Positions 12,582-24,687 of a stretch of DNA of 64,000 bases are shown one piece after another. Position 1 is the stretch's first letter; every line of letters begins with the position of its first letter. Under the pieces are notes generated by a model. It ran no database searches, was not told the origin of the DNA, and saw only the letters and a program-made list of their open reading frames with translations. This DNA is from Octopus vulgaris (Eukaryota), in NCBI GenBank assembly GCA_951406725.2, contig OX597824.1, forward strand, positions 21,328,001-21,392,000, read 5' to 3'. The translations under genes were made by a program, and so were the position numbers.

Positions 12582-12996
12582 CTGGCACCCGGCAGATGCC
12601 AGGACCCTGGACTGGAGATACGTAAAAAGCACTATCCGAATCGTGGCCGATGCCAGCGCCGCCTCGACTGGCTTCCGTGTCGGTGGCACGTAAAAAGCAC
12701 CATCCGAATCGTGGCCGAAGCCAGTGCCGCCTCGACTGGCTTCCGTGCAGGTGGCACGTAAAATTCACCAATCCGACCGTGGCCGATGCCAGCCTCGCCT
12801 GGCACCAGTGCAGGTGGCACGTAAAAGCACCCACTACACTCACGGAGTGGTTGGCGTTAGGAAGGGCATCCAGCTGTAGAAACATTGCCAGATAAGACCG
12901 GAGCCTGGTGCAGCCTTCTGGCTTCCCAGATCCCCGGTCGAACCGTCCAACCCATGCTAGCATGGAGAACGGACGTTAAACGATGATGATGATGAT
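12580..12996 (+). mobile_element. Family D, young CpG-rich copy with 4 units
   Basis: 68/68/63 nt unit spacing; near-identical to the 31435 and 41270 copies. Confidence 0.9.
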
Positions 12997-12999
12997 ATA

Positions 13000-13400
13000 T
13001 CATCATCATCATCATCATCATCATCGTTTAACGTCTGTTTTCCATGCTAGCATGGGTTGGACGGTTCTACTGGGGTCTGTGAAGCCAGAAGGCTTCATCA
13101 GGCCCAGTCAAATCTGGCAGTGTTTCTACGGCTGGATGCCCTTCCTAACGCCAACCACTCCGTGAGTGTAGTGGGTGCTTTTACGTGCCACCCGCACTGG
13201 TGCCAGACAGAGCTGGCAAACGGCCACGAACGGATGGTGCTTTTTATGTGCCACCGGCACGAGGGCCAGGCGAGGCTGGCAACGGACACGAAACGGGGCG
13301 GTGCTGGCAACGGTCGCGAAACGGAAAGTTCTCTTACATGCCACCGGCACTGGTAACACATCTGCAATTTCCATTGATCGATTTCCATTGATCGATTTCG
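13000..13400 (-). mobile_element. Family D, tail-to-tail with the previous copy
   Basis: (ATC)n followed by the reverse complement of family D. Confidence 0.9.
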
Positions 13401-13834
13401 ATTCTGAAGAAAAGGAATAAGGTTATTTCTTTGAAATAACCATGCTATGGAACACAGGCGTTGCATAACTTGAGAAAAAACATCTTCATTCTCTTCATAT
13501 TCTTTTATTGCATCTTACACCATGTCAAATGTATATGCTGCTACATGCATTGGAAATTAAGGAGTATCGCATATCATCCAACTAGTTAACAGTGCATGTA
13601 CTTGGTCTTTTAACTGGTTGATGGATAGTGAATATCATTGGTATTCCTCCTGGGTACACTGTTAGCCAACCAAATACATGTGGGACTGCTACTGAGTTAA
13701 TTACCAGGATGTTTGAGACCTTAGTATCATTGTGTTGCTTATACTATTAATGGTTTTGTACAGAGAAATATGCAACAGGTTCTTTTTTTTCGTCCAAGAA
13801 TTGACACTTTGGTTACTTTTTTTCTATGGCTTAT

Positions 13835-13836
<2 letters not shown>

Positions 13837-13879
<43 letters not shown>

Positions 13880-14470
13880 GTTGTTTAACGTCTGCTTTCG
13901 ATGCTGGCATGGGTTGGACGGTTTGACTGAGGACTGGTAAGCCAAAAAGCTGTACTAGGCTCAAATCTGATCTGGCAAGGTTTCTATGGTTAGATGCCCT
14001 TCCTAACGCCAACCACTCCAAGAGTGTTGTGGGTGCTTTTTACATGCCACCAGCATGAGGGCCAATCAGGCAGTACCGGCAATGACCACACCTGAATGGT
14101 GCTTTTTATGTGCCACCGGCATAGGAGCCAGTCAGGCAACACTGGCAATGCCCACTCTCAAATGGTGCTTTATACATGCCACCGGCATGGAAGCCAGTCA
14201 GGTGGCACTGGCAACAGCCATGCTTGAATGGTGCTTTTTACATGCCACCAGCATGAGGGCCAATCAGGCAGTACCAGCAATGACCACACCTGCATGGTGC
14301 TTTATACATGCCACTGGCATGGAAGCCAGTCAGGCGGCACTGGCAACAGCCATGCTTGAATGGTGCTTTTACATGCCACCAGCACAGGAGCTAGTCAGGC
14401 GGTACCGGCAATGATCACACTCAAATGGTGCTTTATATGTGCCATCAGCATGGATGCCCATGCCCATCAA
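13837..14470 (-). mobile_element. Family D with about 8 tandem units
   Basis: ~60 nt periodic GGTGCTTT..ATGCCACC units. Confidence 0.85.
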
Positions 14471-14539
14471 ACAGTAATGGCATCGACATTACCATTTATT
14501 TAATTTGTTTGTGAAACTTGTTTTTTTATTTTATTTGTG

Positions 14540-14928
14540 TTGCCAGCTCTGTCTGGCCCCGTGTCGGTGGCACGTAAAAGCACCATCCGTTCGTGGCCGT
14601 TGCCAGCATCGCCTAGCCCCGTGCCGGTGACACGTAAAAGCACCATCCGTTCGTGTCCGTTGCCAGCATCGCCGGTGACACGTAAAAGCACCATCCGTTC
14701 GTGGCCGTTCGCCAGCTCTGTCTGGCACCTGTGCAGGTGGCACGTAAAAAACACCCACTACACTCGCGGAGTGGTTGGCGTTAGGAAGGGCATCCAGCCG
14801 TAGAAACACTGCCAGATCTGACTGGGCCTGACGAAGCCTTCCAGCTTCACAGACCCCAGTTGACCCGTCCAACCCATGCTAGCATGGAAAGCGGACGCTA
14901 AATGATGATGATGATGATGATGATGATG
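14540..14928 (+). mobile_element. Family D with 4 units
   Basis: CGTAAAAGCACCATCCGTTCGTG repeats, (GAT)n tail. Confidence 0.9.
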
Positions 14929-15294
14929 AGTGTTTTTCATTTGCCACTTGTGTTTTAAAGCTGTGTTGAGTTTTGTCTTGTGCACCTATTTTGATTTCAT
15001 GGTTAAAGTTATAGAATTTCATTGTGAACTGGGAAACTAACCCTAAATAGCATACATAAAATGGTAGAGCGATCAACAGGTAGTGGATAGGGGCAATCGC
15101 CTCTAGATATAGGTGATTAGTTGTGAATTTGGAAATAAGTCATCTTGGGCCAAACATAAGCTGCTCTTGTAAGGCATAGAACCATTTAGTCATCTGTATC
15201 AACTGTTTGCAACCTGTTTTAAGCACACCGAAAACGATACAGAGTCATTTGTGTTGTTAATCCCAGGTCATCACTGCTCACATATAGATGCCAT

Positions 15295-15473
15295 GATAGG
15301 TCGTTAGCCACTACACACATTTTTTTCTCTCCTTGTTTTTTCTGTGTCCCTTTCTGTAGAAGAGCACAAGCTTGAAATGTAAAAGACTTTTTCAATTCCT
15401 GAGCATTATACTAATACATCTGTTTGTTTTGTACACCACCCGTCTTCGTCTTTTGTTTTTTTTCGTAAACTCT

Positions 15474-15515
<42 letters not shown>

Positions 15516-15702
15516 CGCCATAATAGATCGTTAGCCACTACACACATTTTTCTCTCCTTGTTTTTTCTGTGTCCCTTTCCGTAGAAGAGCATAGGCTCGA
15601 AACGTAAAAGACTTTTTCTATTCCTGAGTGTTATACTAATACATCTGTTTGTTTTCTACACCACCTGTCTTCGTCTTTTGTTTTTTTCGTAAAATCTCTC
15701 TA
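15295..15702 (+). mobile_element. Two tandem PLE terminal repeats with hammerhead-like motifs
   Basis: ~180 bp direct repeats (15297-15480, 15522-15702) separated by (TA)n; CTTT-CYGTAGA-AGAGC.4.GCTY-GAAAYGT-A-AAAG at 15350-15385 and 15575-15610. Confidence 0.65.
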
Positions 15703-16082
15703 TGTACACAGCCTTTCTAGTTATGACCACCATGTCTTTTTGCATATTTATGACTACATTCTCCAACGAGTACACCTTTTCTTTATGACAGTCAGGTATA
15801 GGTTAGTAACAGGTGGGCTGCAGCTCAGAAGCAGGCTACTGAGTCACTCTCAATGGGCCTCTAAACTTTTCTAAGAATTTTAACTTAATGTTGATATCTA
15901 GAGGGGATGGTCATAATTGGAATGCCTGCAATTATATAAATTACTGTTTAAAAAACAGAGATACAAACAGATGGTACTTTGTCTCAAAGGAATATACACA
16001 CATTAGTTGCACTGTACATTAAAAATACCCAGGTTTTCTAAGAATCCAGGCATTTTGCTGTCTCACCTCAAAATTTTGCAGC

Positions 16083-16830
16083 ATACCTGTAAGCTATACA
16101 CAACATGCCTATGTGCTATACACTAACACACCTGTAGAACATATGTGACACATCTGTGGACTATACACAACACACTTGTTGACAATATATGATACACTTC
16201 TGGATTATACACCAATACACCTCAGAATATGTATCACCCACCTGTGAACCATAAGTGATATAACTATGGCCATATATAATACATCTGTGGACCATACACC
16301 TAACACCTGTGGATTATACACTTACACGACTTGGATTATTTGTCATACACCTGTTTACCATTACATGACATACTTGTGGACTATACTTTCAACACCTGTG
16401 GATTATATACCAATACACCTGTGGATCATATATCAATACACCTGTGGATGATATACAACATACCTGTGGATTATACATTAGCACACCTTGGACTATATGC
16501 GATACACTTGTTGATCATACATGACACGTCTGTGGACCAAAGAGATCACAACTGTGGACTATGTACTCACACACTTTAGACCATGTTTTACACCTGTAGA
16601 CCATACATGACACACCTGTGGATTATACACTGGCACACCTGTGTCCATACACAATTTACCTGTTGTCTATATACCAACACACCTTGAACCATATGAGACA
16701 TCTCTGTGGAACATATGTAATACAATTGCATACTACACACTGACATACATATGATCTCTACACCAACGCACCTGTGGATCATACACGACACACTTGTGGA
16801 CCATGAACAACACACCTGTAGACCTGTGGA
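16083..16830. repeat. Degenerate 22/23-bp minisatellite (ACACCTGTGGA core)
   Basis: About 33 periodic units; alternating 22/23 spacing gives a ~45 bp dimer. Confidence 0.85.
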
Positions 16831-17042
16831 ATGAATTGACCCCTGTACTTATTTTTTAAGCCTGGTACTTATTCTATCAGTCTCTTTTGCCGAACCGCTA
16901 AGTTACGGGGACATAAACACACCACCAACACTGGTTGTCAAGTGGTGATGGGGGCGGGAACAAACACAGACACACACACATAGATACATATATACACGCG
17001 CGCACACACACACACACACATATGTATGTATATGTATGTATG

Positions 17043-17095
<53 letters not shown>

Positions 17096-17256
17096 CGGGC
17101 TTCTTTCAGTTTCTGTCTACCAAATCAACTTACAAGGCTTTGGTCGGCCCGAGGCTATAGTAGAAGGCACTTACCCAAGATGCCTTGCAATGGGACTGAA
17201 CCTGGAACCATGTGGCTGGGGAGTAAGCTACTTACCACACAGCCACTCCTATGCCT
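16830..17256 (-). mobile_element. SINE-A
   Basis: Reverse complement head and body; tail truncated. Confidence 0.85.
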
Positions 17257-17949
17257 ATTATTGAAGCATAACCGATTGATTGCACATAAATTTTAACAAC
17301 AGAATTTTATATAGACCCCACCCTCCATCCCAAGGGCGATAATGGACTCTGGTTGAGAATCACCTGTATACACTTACCTGAGCTGCTGTACTATATTATG
17401 TTATGTAATGGTTAGTTACAAATAGATTGTGTTTTGTTCTTTATTGTTTGGAATTATGTTAATATGCTTTACAAGGAATTATTTTTCAATTGGTTTATGC
17501 TGAGCTTATACATTCTCTGGAAAGATTAAAGTTATGTCGACATAAAATCAAAATTGTGCTTTTTGCATATGTATTTTATGTAATTTAATTTTAAATTTGT
17601 AATTAATATAAGTAAGCTTAAGAAGAGATGAATGTATGAGCTGAAAAAGGATATTGTTGATCCAAGAGAGAGAGAGAAAGAGAAACTTAGAGAGAAAGAG
17701 AAAGAGAAAGTAAGAGAGAAAGAGAAAGTAAGAGAGAAAGAGAAAGTAAGAAAGAAAGAGAGAGAGTAGCATACTATTTTCATTCTTTTTTCAAGGTTAG
17801 CTAAATAATTTTTCTGTGTCTGGTGGTAGTGGTGCTTACAGTGGCAGGCAAAATGAAGAATGGTAACAATAGAAGTATGCTCCTCTGATATCTTTTACAT
17901 TATAATTTTCAAGTTCTCTATATTGTATTCTACAAGTTCTTTAGATTCT

Positions 17950-18195
17950 ATATTCTTTGAGAGTCAAGACTATTGAAAAGTTTGCAAGATGCAAAGAAAA
18001 TTTTAGGGAAATAAAAATAAGAAAAAAGTGGAAATTTTACCAGTGAGTGTGTTACATTATAAGGCACAAAAAGAAAATGACTCTCCCCAGACACAACAGT
18101 ATATTCTTTGATTTCTATTTGAAATAAAAAGGTTGGGGAGGCTGATGCCACTATTGGTGAGACCAAAAGAAATATTCTTGAAAGATGATCTAGTG
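17950..18195 (+). pseudogene. Degraded PLE GIY-YIG fragment
   Basis: ..FEIK..ADATIGETKRNILER resembles YxxxCxxCxxxYIGETKR; 17957-18100 is also present at 12255-12395. Confidence 0.45.
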
Positions 18196-18304
18196 TATAG
18201 ATGCAGGTGTAGCTGTGTGGTAAGAAATTAGCTTCCCAAACCAAAAGAGGTTTATTGCCTCATTGATGTTTCACTTTGAACTATGTACGAGGTTTGTTGC
18301 CTCA

Positions 18305-18905
18305 CGAGCTGGCAGAAACGTTAGCACGCCGGGTGAAATGCTTAGCGGTATTTAGTCTGCCACTACGTTCTGAGTTCAAATTCCGCCGAGGTCGACTTTG
18401 CCTTTCATCCTTTCTGGGTCGATAAATTAAGTACCAGTTATGCGCTGGGGTCGATATAATCGACTTAATCCGCTTGTCTGTCCTTGTTTGTCCTCTCTGT
18501 GTTTAGCCCCCTGTGGGTAGTAAAGAAATAAGTATTTCATCTGCCGTTGCGTTCTGAGTTCAAATTCCACCGAGGTCGACTTTGCCTTTGATCCTTTCGG
18601 GGTAGATAAATTAAGTACCAGTTATGCGCTGGGGTCGATATAATTGACTTAATCTGTTTGTCTGTCCTTGTTTATCCTCTCTGTGTTTAGCCTCTTGTGG
18701 GTAGTAAAGAAATAAGTATTTCGTCTGCCGCTGCGTTCTGAGTTCAAATTCCACCGAGGTCGACTTTGCCTTTGATCCTTTTGGGGTCAATAAATTAAGT
18801 ACCAGTTATGCACTGGGGTCGATATAATCGACTTAATCCATTTGTCTGTCCTTGTTTGTCCCCTCAGTGTTTAGTCCCTTGTGGGTAGTAAAGAAATAGG
18901 TATTT
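18305..18905 (+). mobile_element. SINE-B trimer (head plus three 184-bp units)
   Basis: Internal repeats start at 18533, 18717 and 18901 (TATTT) after GAAATARG. Confidence 0.9.
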
Positions 18906-19067
18906 ATAAAGAACAATGTGCTCGGGTAAACAGCAATCAGCAGGCATTGCTTCTTGCCCTCATTATTATCATATCGTCTATCATTTCATTTCATTATTGT
19001 CTTCGTCCAGCCCACAGCTTCCTTTCTTTGTAAGGCTTTTATGGCCAATCTAATGAATAAAAGACGT

Positions 19068-19479
19068 TGGCTTCCCAACCATATGCTTTGGGGTTCAGTC
19101 CCACTGCATGGTACCTTGGGTAAGTGTCTTCTACTATAGCCATGGGCTGACCAAGGCCTTGTGAGTGGGTTTACTAAATGGAAACTGAAAGAAGCTCATC
19201 GTACTTGTGTATGCATGTGTGAGTGTGTATGCATGCATGTGTGTGTGTCTGTGTTTGTTTTTATGTTTGAACCCCCCCCACCGTTTGACAACCGGTATTG
19301 GTTTGTTTATGTCCCTACAGCCTAATGGCCTGACAGAAAAAGGCTGAGAGAATAAGTAACAGAGAGAATATTAAGATAAATAATCGCTGGATTGATTTGT
19401 TCGACTAAACAACCCTTCATGGTGTTGCCCCAGTACGGTCGCAGTCCAGTGACTGAAACAAATAAAAGGTAAAAGATAA
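19068..19479 (+). mobile_element. SINE-A, diverged
   Basis: Head, core and CAGTCCAGTGACTGAAAC tail. Confidence 0.75.
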
Positions 19480-19869
19480 ATGTACCCATTGGGTACATTT
19501 ATCTCAGACCCTGGTCGAACCGTCCAACCCATGCTAGCATGGAAAATGGACGCTAAACGATGATGATGATGATGATGATGATGATGAATCAATGATTATT
19601 CATTCATTATTGTAATAACAGCATGAGAAAGCAAAATACTTTCAATTCTGTCAGTATACAAGTGGCCCTCAAAAATCTCTCTGGGATTAAAGTGGCCCTC
19701 ATTGTAATTCGAGTTGGCCAGGCCTGGTTTAGAGCATAAATTAATATAGCATTTTGATGAAGGATTTTAATTTAGATTACTTCAAATCATGAAATTTGTT
19801 TCATAGAAACCAGGGACAGTCTCAGAAGTCAGGTTGGCATCAAATAGGTCAAGGAAGACACCCACATAT

Positions 19870-20220
19870 CTGTAGAACATGCTGCTACTTAGGCACTAAT
19901 TCAATGAGCCGGTAAAATCAGTTGATTGGATGACCGAATTCTTATAGTGAAAACCAGCAGCGATCCATAGCTAATTTACGCTTCGTATTGAAAGTAAATG
20001 GCTGGAACTCAGAACCTTAATAGAAGTTGGTACATATTGACTGCACATTGCATGACCTTGAACACAATATCTGGTACAAGATCAGAGAATGCTTCTGCAA
20101 AGTATGTTGGATCACAATATACCGTGGCCTACCGCTATTAATTATACAGATTGGTTTTCTCGGTAACCTTGAGCTGCTGGCTTTCACAAAGAACAGACTG
20201 CAAACGATTTCCACATCTGA
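19870..20220 (+). pseudogene. Possible highly decayed hAT-like transposase fragment
   Basis: Frameshifted LIEVGTY*LHIA..W.I..LLQSM..HNIP weakly resembles LxxIGSCGLHxxH..W.I..L..xY.LFHxxP; hAT-type end GAGTTGGCCAGGCCTG near 19726. Confidence 0.25.
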
Positions 20221-20356
20221 GAGAAATTATTGTCTTTTAATTAGAGTTTGAATTCTTGGTGTGTTAATTGATATTGGATTAAATAAACAAAAGACATATA
20301 TATATATATATATTTACAAATGTGTGTGTGTGCGTGTGTGTACATGCACACGTACA

Positions 20357-20393
<37 letters not shown>

Positions 20394-20439
20394 GCATGTA
20401 TACACACACATATACATATGTATAACTATATATGTATTC

Positions 20440-20488
<49 letters not shown>

Positions 20489-21592
20489 TGTATATACATA
20501 CACAGACATACACTCAAACGTGTGTATGTATGTATATATGTATGTGTGCGTGTATATATGCATACATATATATGTATATACATACCTACACACACACACA
20601 TATGTATATATATGTATTATTTGTATGCACGTATATCCTCATTATCATTATTTTACAATCACAGGTCTGTTCTGGCACAACATTTCACCACTTAACACAT
20701 TAATTTACCATATGATATATGTAAAAACAGAGAAAAACCCAACAATCTTTGTTGATGTGTATGTTGGCAACTTTCGGCACAGACACACACACACTTACAT
20801 GTGTGCAAGTGCATGCACACACATACAAAGGAAGTTCTCATACTCACACACACATCTACACATAGTCTCGTTCGTGTGTATGTATAATACAAAACGCTTC
20901 CATTTCATGTTGCTCTGCAGGTGGGAAAGTGACAGAATCATTGACATGTTGGCAGAAATGTTTTACTGTATATTCTCCAGCTCTCTACATTCTGAGTTCA
21001 AATCCCACCTGCCTGAGAAGGCAACGGGAAACCACCCAAGTATTCAACTCAAGTCTAGTCATGATAGCCAAAGTACCAGTGATCTACTTAATGGCTGAAA
21101 AGGAGGTGATGGGCCCTGCTAGGTCATACAAAGAGAGGACTGGAGAACGTTCATATGCACAGAACCTGCCCAGGGAAGACCACTGCTAGACTATATATAT
21201 ATGTGGAAGGTTTAAAAGGAACACACGAGTTGATATATATGTATATATATATATATATAATCATCATCATTGTTTAATGTCTGCCTTTCAATGCTGGCAA
21301 GGGTGGGATGGTTTGATAGGAGCCAGCCAGGCAGAAGCATGCACCAGACTTCTGTGTCTGTTTTGAGAGGATTTTTACTGCTGGATGCCCTTCCTATCAC
21401 CAACCATTCAGTAGAGTAGACTGAGTGATTTTAATGTGAAACAGTACAGAAGACCTGTTGAGTCAAGTGAAATCATTGTGTATATAATTATAAAATATTT
21501 ATAAAATTTACCTATGAGGTATTATTTCTGTGCTGACCACCTGGTAAAAATCATTAATGGTTTTTACCCTTTATTATTATTATTATTATAAG

Positions 21593-21651
<59 letters not shown>

Positions 21652-21652
<1 letters not shown>

Positions 21653-21790
21653 AAACTGTCCGACGAACGGGAACGTGAAACTCAGAGTGACAGTTTTTGT
21701 GATATTTCTGCTGCTTTTAAATAAATCATACTACTCTACCTCTGGTATTTGAGTACTCTTTTTTCCACCTTGTTTCACATTTATGTGCAT
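21652..21790 (+). mobile_element. PLE terminal repeat with a mutated hammerhead
   Basis: AAAACTGT-CCGACGA-ACG GGAA CGT-GAAA-CTCAGAG-TG-ACAGTTTT; same family as 2380. Confidence 0.65.
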
Positions 21791-21799
21791 ACTCCAGTA

Positions 21800-21855
<56 letters not shown>

Positions 21856-21877
21856 CACACAAGCAGTCATATATATA

Positions 21878-22291
21878 TACTCTTTTACTTGTTTCAGTCA
21901 TTTGACTGTGGCCATGCTGGAGCACCGCCTTTAGTTGAGCAAATCAACCCCAGGACTTATTCTTTGTAAGCCTAGTACTTATTCTATCGGTCTCTTTTGC
22001 CGAACTGCTAAGTTACGGGGATGTAAACACACTAGCATCGGTTGTCAAGCGATGTTGGGGTGACAAGCATAGACACACAAACATATACACATACACACAC
22101 ACATATGCATACATATATACATACATACGACAGGCTTCTTTTAGTTTCCATCTACCAAATCCACTCACAAGGCATTGGTCGGCCCGGGGCTATAGCAGAA
22201 GACACTTGCCCAAGATGCCACACAGTGGGACTGAACCCGGAATCATGTGGTTGGTAAACAAGCTACTTACCACACAGCCACTCCGATGCCT
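21878..22291 (-). mobile_element. SINE-A full length
   Basis: Complete reverse complement. Confidence 0.85.
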
Positions 22292-23172
22292 ATGAACACA
22301 TTTACATAATAAACAAGTTGTTTTGGAACCAATTAATTTGTTTTCATGTGGTATACCTGTAAATCTGAGGCAAACCAGATTGGCTTGCTTGATTTTCTTG
22401 TCTGAACTTTCTAATCACACAAATGAACGTAATAGTGTGTGTGTGTGTGTGTGTACAAGCTAACTCTACATCTTAATGAAACGCTCATCAGTTTTACAAT
22501 TCTTGAGTTGTTTTCAGGGGGCCGGGTGGGGTGGTGGTGGTGGTGGTGGTGGAGGGTGGTTGCGGAGGTTGTTCTTATCCCAAACAATTGCTTCCAGATT
22601 AATGTACTGGACTAACGATCACAGTGCTATTAGTTCAAATTTTTTTTGCTACAGCCATCTGCTCACGCGAATTTGCATGACTGACGATGAAGAACAGGTT
22701 TCACTCCTACCTTTCATGATTGAATGGTTAGCTGTAGGAAGAGCAGCCAGCTGTCAAAACAGCTGGTCCATCAAGGAACCATTTCACATTTGCATGCAAG
22801 CATAGAAGAATTTCTATGAGGTAATTTGCTGTCAATGGCCTCCCTGAAACACCTTTGTCTCCCACTCACTATTGCTACCCCTGTGTATCTCTGATGTACT
22901 TCTCTGCCACTGTATATCCCTCTCTCTCTCTCTCTCTCCCTTGCCTCCCACTGTCCCTCCATGCATGTCATTTACATATTTTCTGACCCACCTACAGATT
23001 TATTACACTGCTGCTCTCCTCCCTTCCTGTTCTACCACTGATCATTTCCTCCACCTCTTCCTCCTCTTCTTCTTCTTCTTCTTCTTCTTCTTCTTCTTCT
23101 TCTTCTTCTTCTTCTTCTTCCTCCTCCTCCTCCTGCCCTCCCTCCCACCCACCCCTTCAATATTGATACTTA

Positions 23173-23400
23173 CCTATTTCTTTACAACCCACAAGGGGCT
23201 AAACACAGAGGACAAACAAGGACAAACGGATTAAGTCGATTACATCGACCCCAGTGCGTAACTAGTACTTATTCAATCGACCCTGAAAGGATGAAAGGTA
23301 AAGTCGACCTCGGCGGAATTTGAACTCAGAACGTAACAGCAGATGAAATACCGCTGAGCATTTTGCCTGGCGTGCTAACGTTTCTGCCAGCTCGCCTCCT
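23173..23400 (-). mobile_element. SINE-B
   Basis: Complete reverse complement; TATTGATACTTACC occurs on both sides (possible TSD). Confidence 0.85.
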
Positions 23401-23709
23401 TTACTATTGATACTTACCATTAACCATGCCTCCACCTTAGTTCCATTCACTAAATTCACCTTTAAACCCATCTTTAACCCTTTAACCCTTTATCAGGCCC
23501 AAATATAAATACCTCTTTTTGTGTTAAAACCAACTCTGATGCAACCCCTCACACTTACCCTACAATGTCATTCTATCAACAGAAGACATAAGAGAAGGAG
23601 ACCTCAATGTGGTCACTCTATATGCTAGAAATAATAGCCCAAATTTCCTTCAATCCACACCCTTCCAACTGCTTCTAATGTGCATCTGACTAAATGTAGA
23701 GGTGTGTCT

Positions 23710-23927
23710 AACCTGTTTCATACCAACCCAGCTGAAACTGCCTTTGGGCTCTATAGTACAAATGTCTTGTTTCCAAAAGTTCTGAATTAAAATCTTCCAC
23801 CAAACCTTACTCACAATTTATATTCCTAACACTAGCTTAATGATAACTAAGTTCTTTGTTAGATTTAAATTTAATTGAAAGAAACACAGAGCATCTCAAA
23901 CAGAAATACAGTAACAAAAGGGTAAAG
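23710..23927. mobile_element. piggyBac-type MITE, diverged
   Basis: TAACC..GTAACAAAAGGGTAAA ends; related pieces at ~9265-9450, ~19730-19850 and ~62700. Confidence 0.4.
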
Positions 23928-24283
23928 CATGCTTTTGCTATAATTTTTACCATCATTGTCTTCTTTCCTGCTACTCGCACCCAATCTTATATAATGCAGG
24001 GTAGCCACATATCTGCTCCACAGCAAGACACTTGTGCCTGTCTCTCTCTTTCTCTTTTGTGCCATAATACCATCCTGCTCTCTACTACATTACCATTTAG
24101 TAGTGAGTGTTTTCTTTGCCTTGCTAGTTACTTGGCGACCTCATTAGTGCTGGTGCCATGGAAAAATATCCAGTGTGCCTTGTAAAGTGGTTGGTGTTAG
24201 GAAAGGTGTCCAAACATAGAAATCATTCCAAAGTACATGTCCGAGCTTGATACAGTCTTCCAGCTTGTTGGATCCTGTTAAAC

Positions 24284-24634
24284 CAGTGGTTCCTAAACTG
24301 GGCAGTATTGCCACCCTCGGGGTGGTGGAAAGGTCCAAGAGGGTGTTGACTCACAATCGTAAGGTCATGAGTTCAATTCCTGGTGATGTGTTGTGTCCTT
24401 GAGCAAGACACTTTATTTCCAGGAATTGAACTCGTGACCTTACGATTGCGAGTCAAATACCCAAACAACATAATAATGGGTTCATTAGGTTAAGTTTTAT
24501 TTGTGAAATGCAGTTGCTTGGGATTTGTCTCAGAAAGAGGTCTGTGTTTGTGATGGTTAGTCAGGGGTGGGGCCGCTAGGAATGTGGCCCAGTAGTCAAG
24601 GGGGCGGAAGCCTGTAGAGGTTTGGGAACCACTG
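24284..24634. mobile_element. hAT MITE with 8-bp TSD inserted in a family D copy (24140-24690)
   Basis: TIRs CAGTGGTTCCTAAAC / GTTTGGGAACCACTG; TGTTAAAC duplicated on both sides. Confidence 0.85.
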
Positions 24635-24687
24635 TGTTAAACCATCCAACCCATGCTAGCATGAAAGATGGACATTAGACGCTGCTG

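Noticed and set aside
12780-12832. GGCCGATGCCAGCCTCGCCTGGCACC resembling the HDV ribozyme
   Set aside because: No P1/P2 partners or J4/2 could be assigned; superficial similarity only
13990-14470. CRISPR-like periodicity in family D and the minisatellites
   Set aside because: Spacers are homologous to one another, there are no cas genes, and the context is eukaryotic
17380-17517. Minus-strand exon with good splice signals
   Set aside because: Stop codons in all three frames; no other support
22516-22568. G-rich (GGT)n G-quadruplex candidate
   Set aside because: Ordinary microsatellite; no additional context
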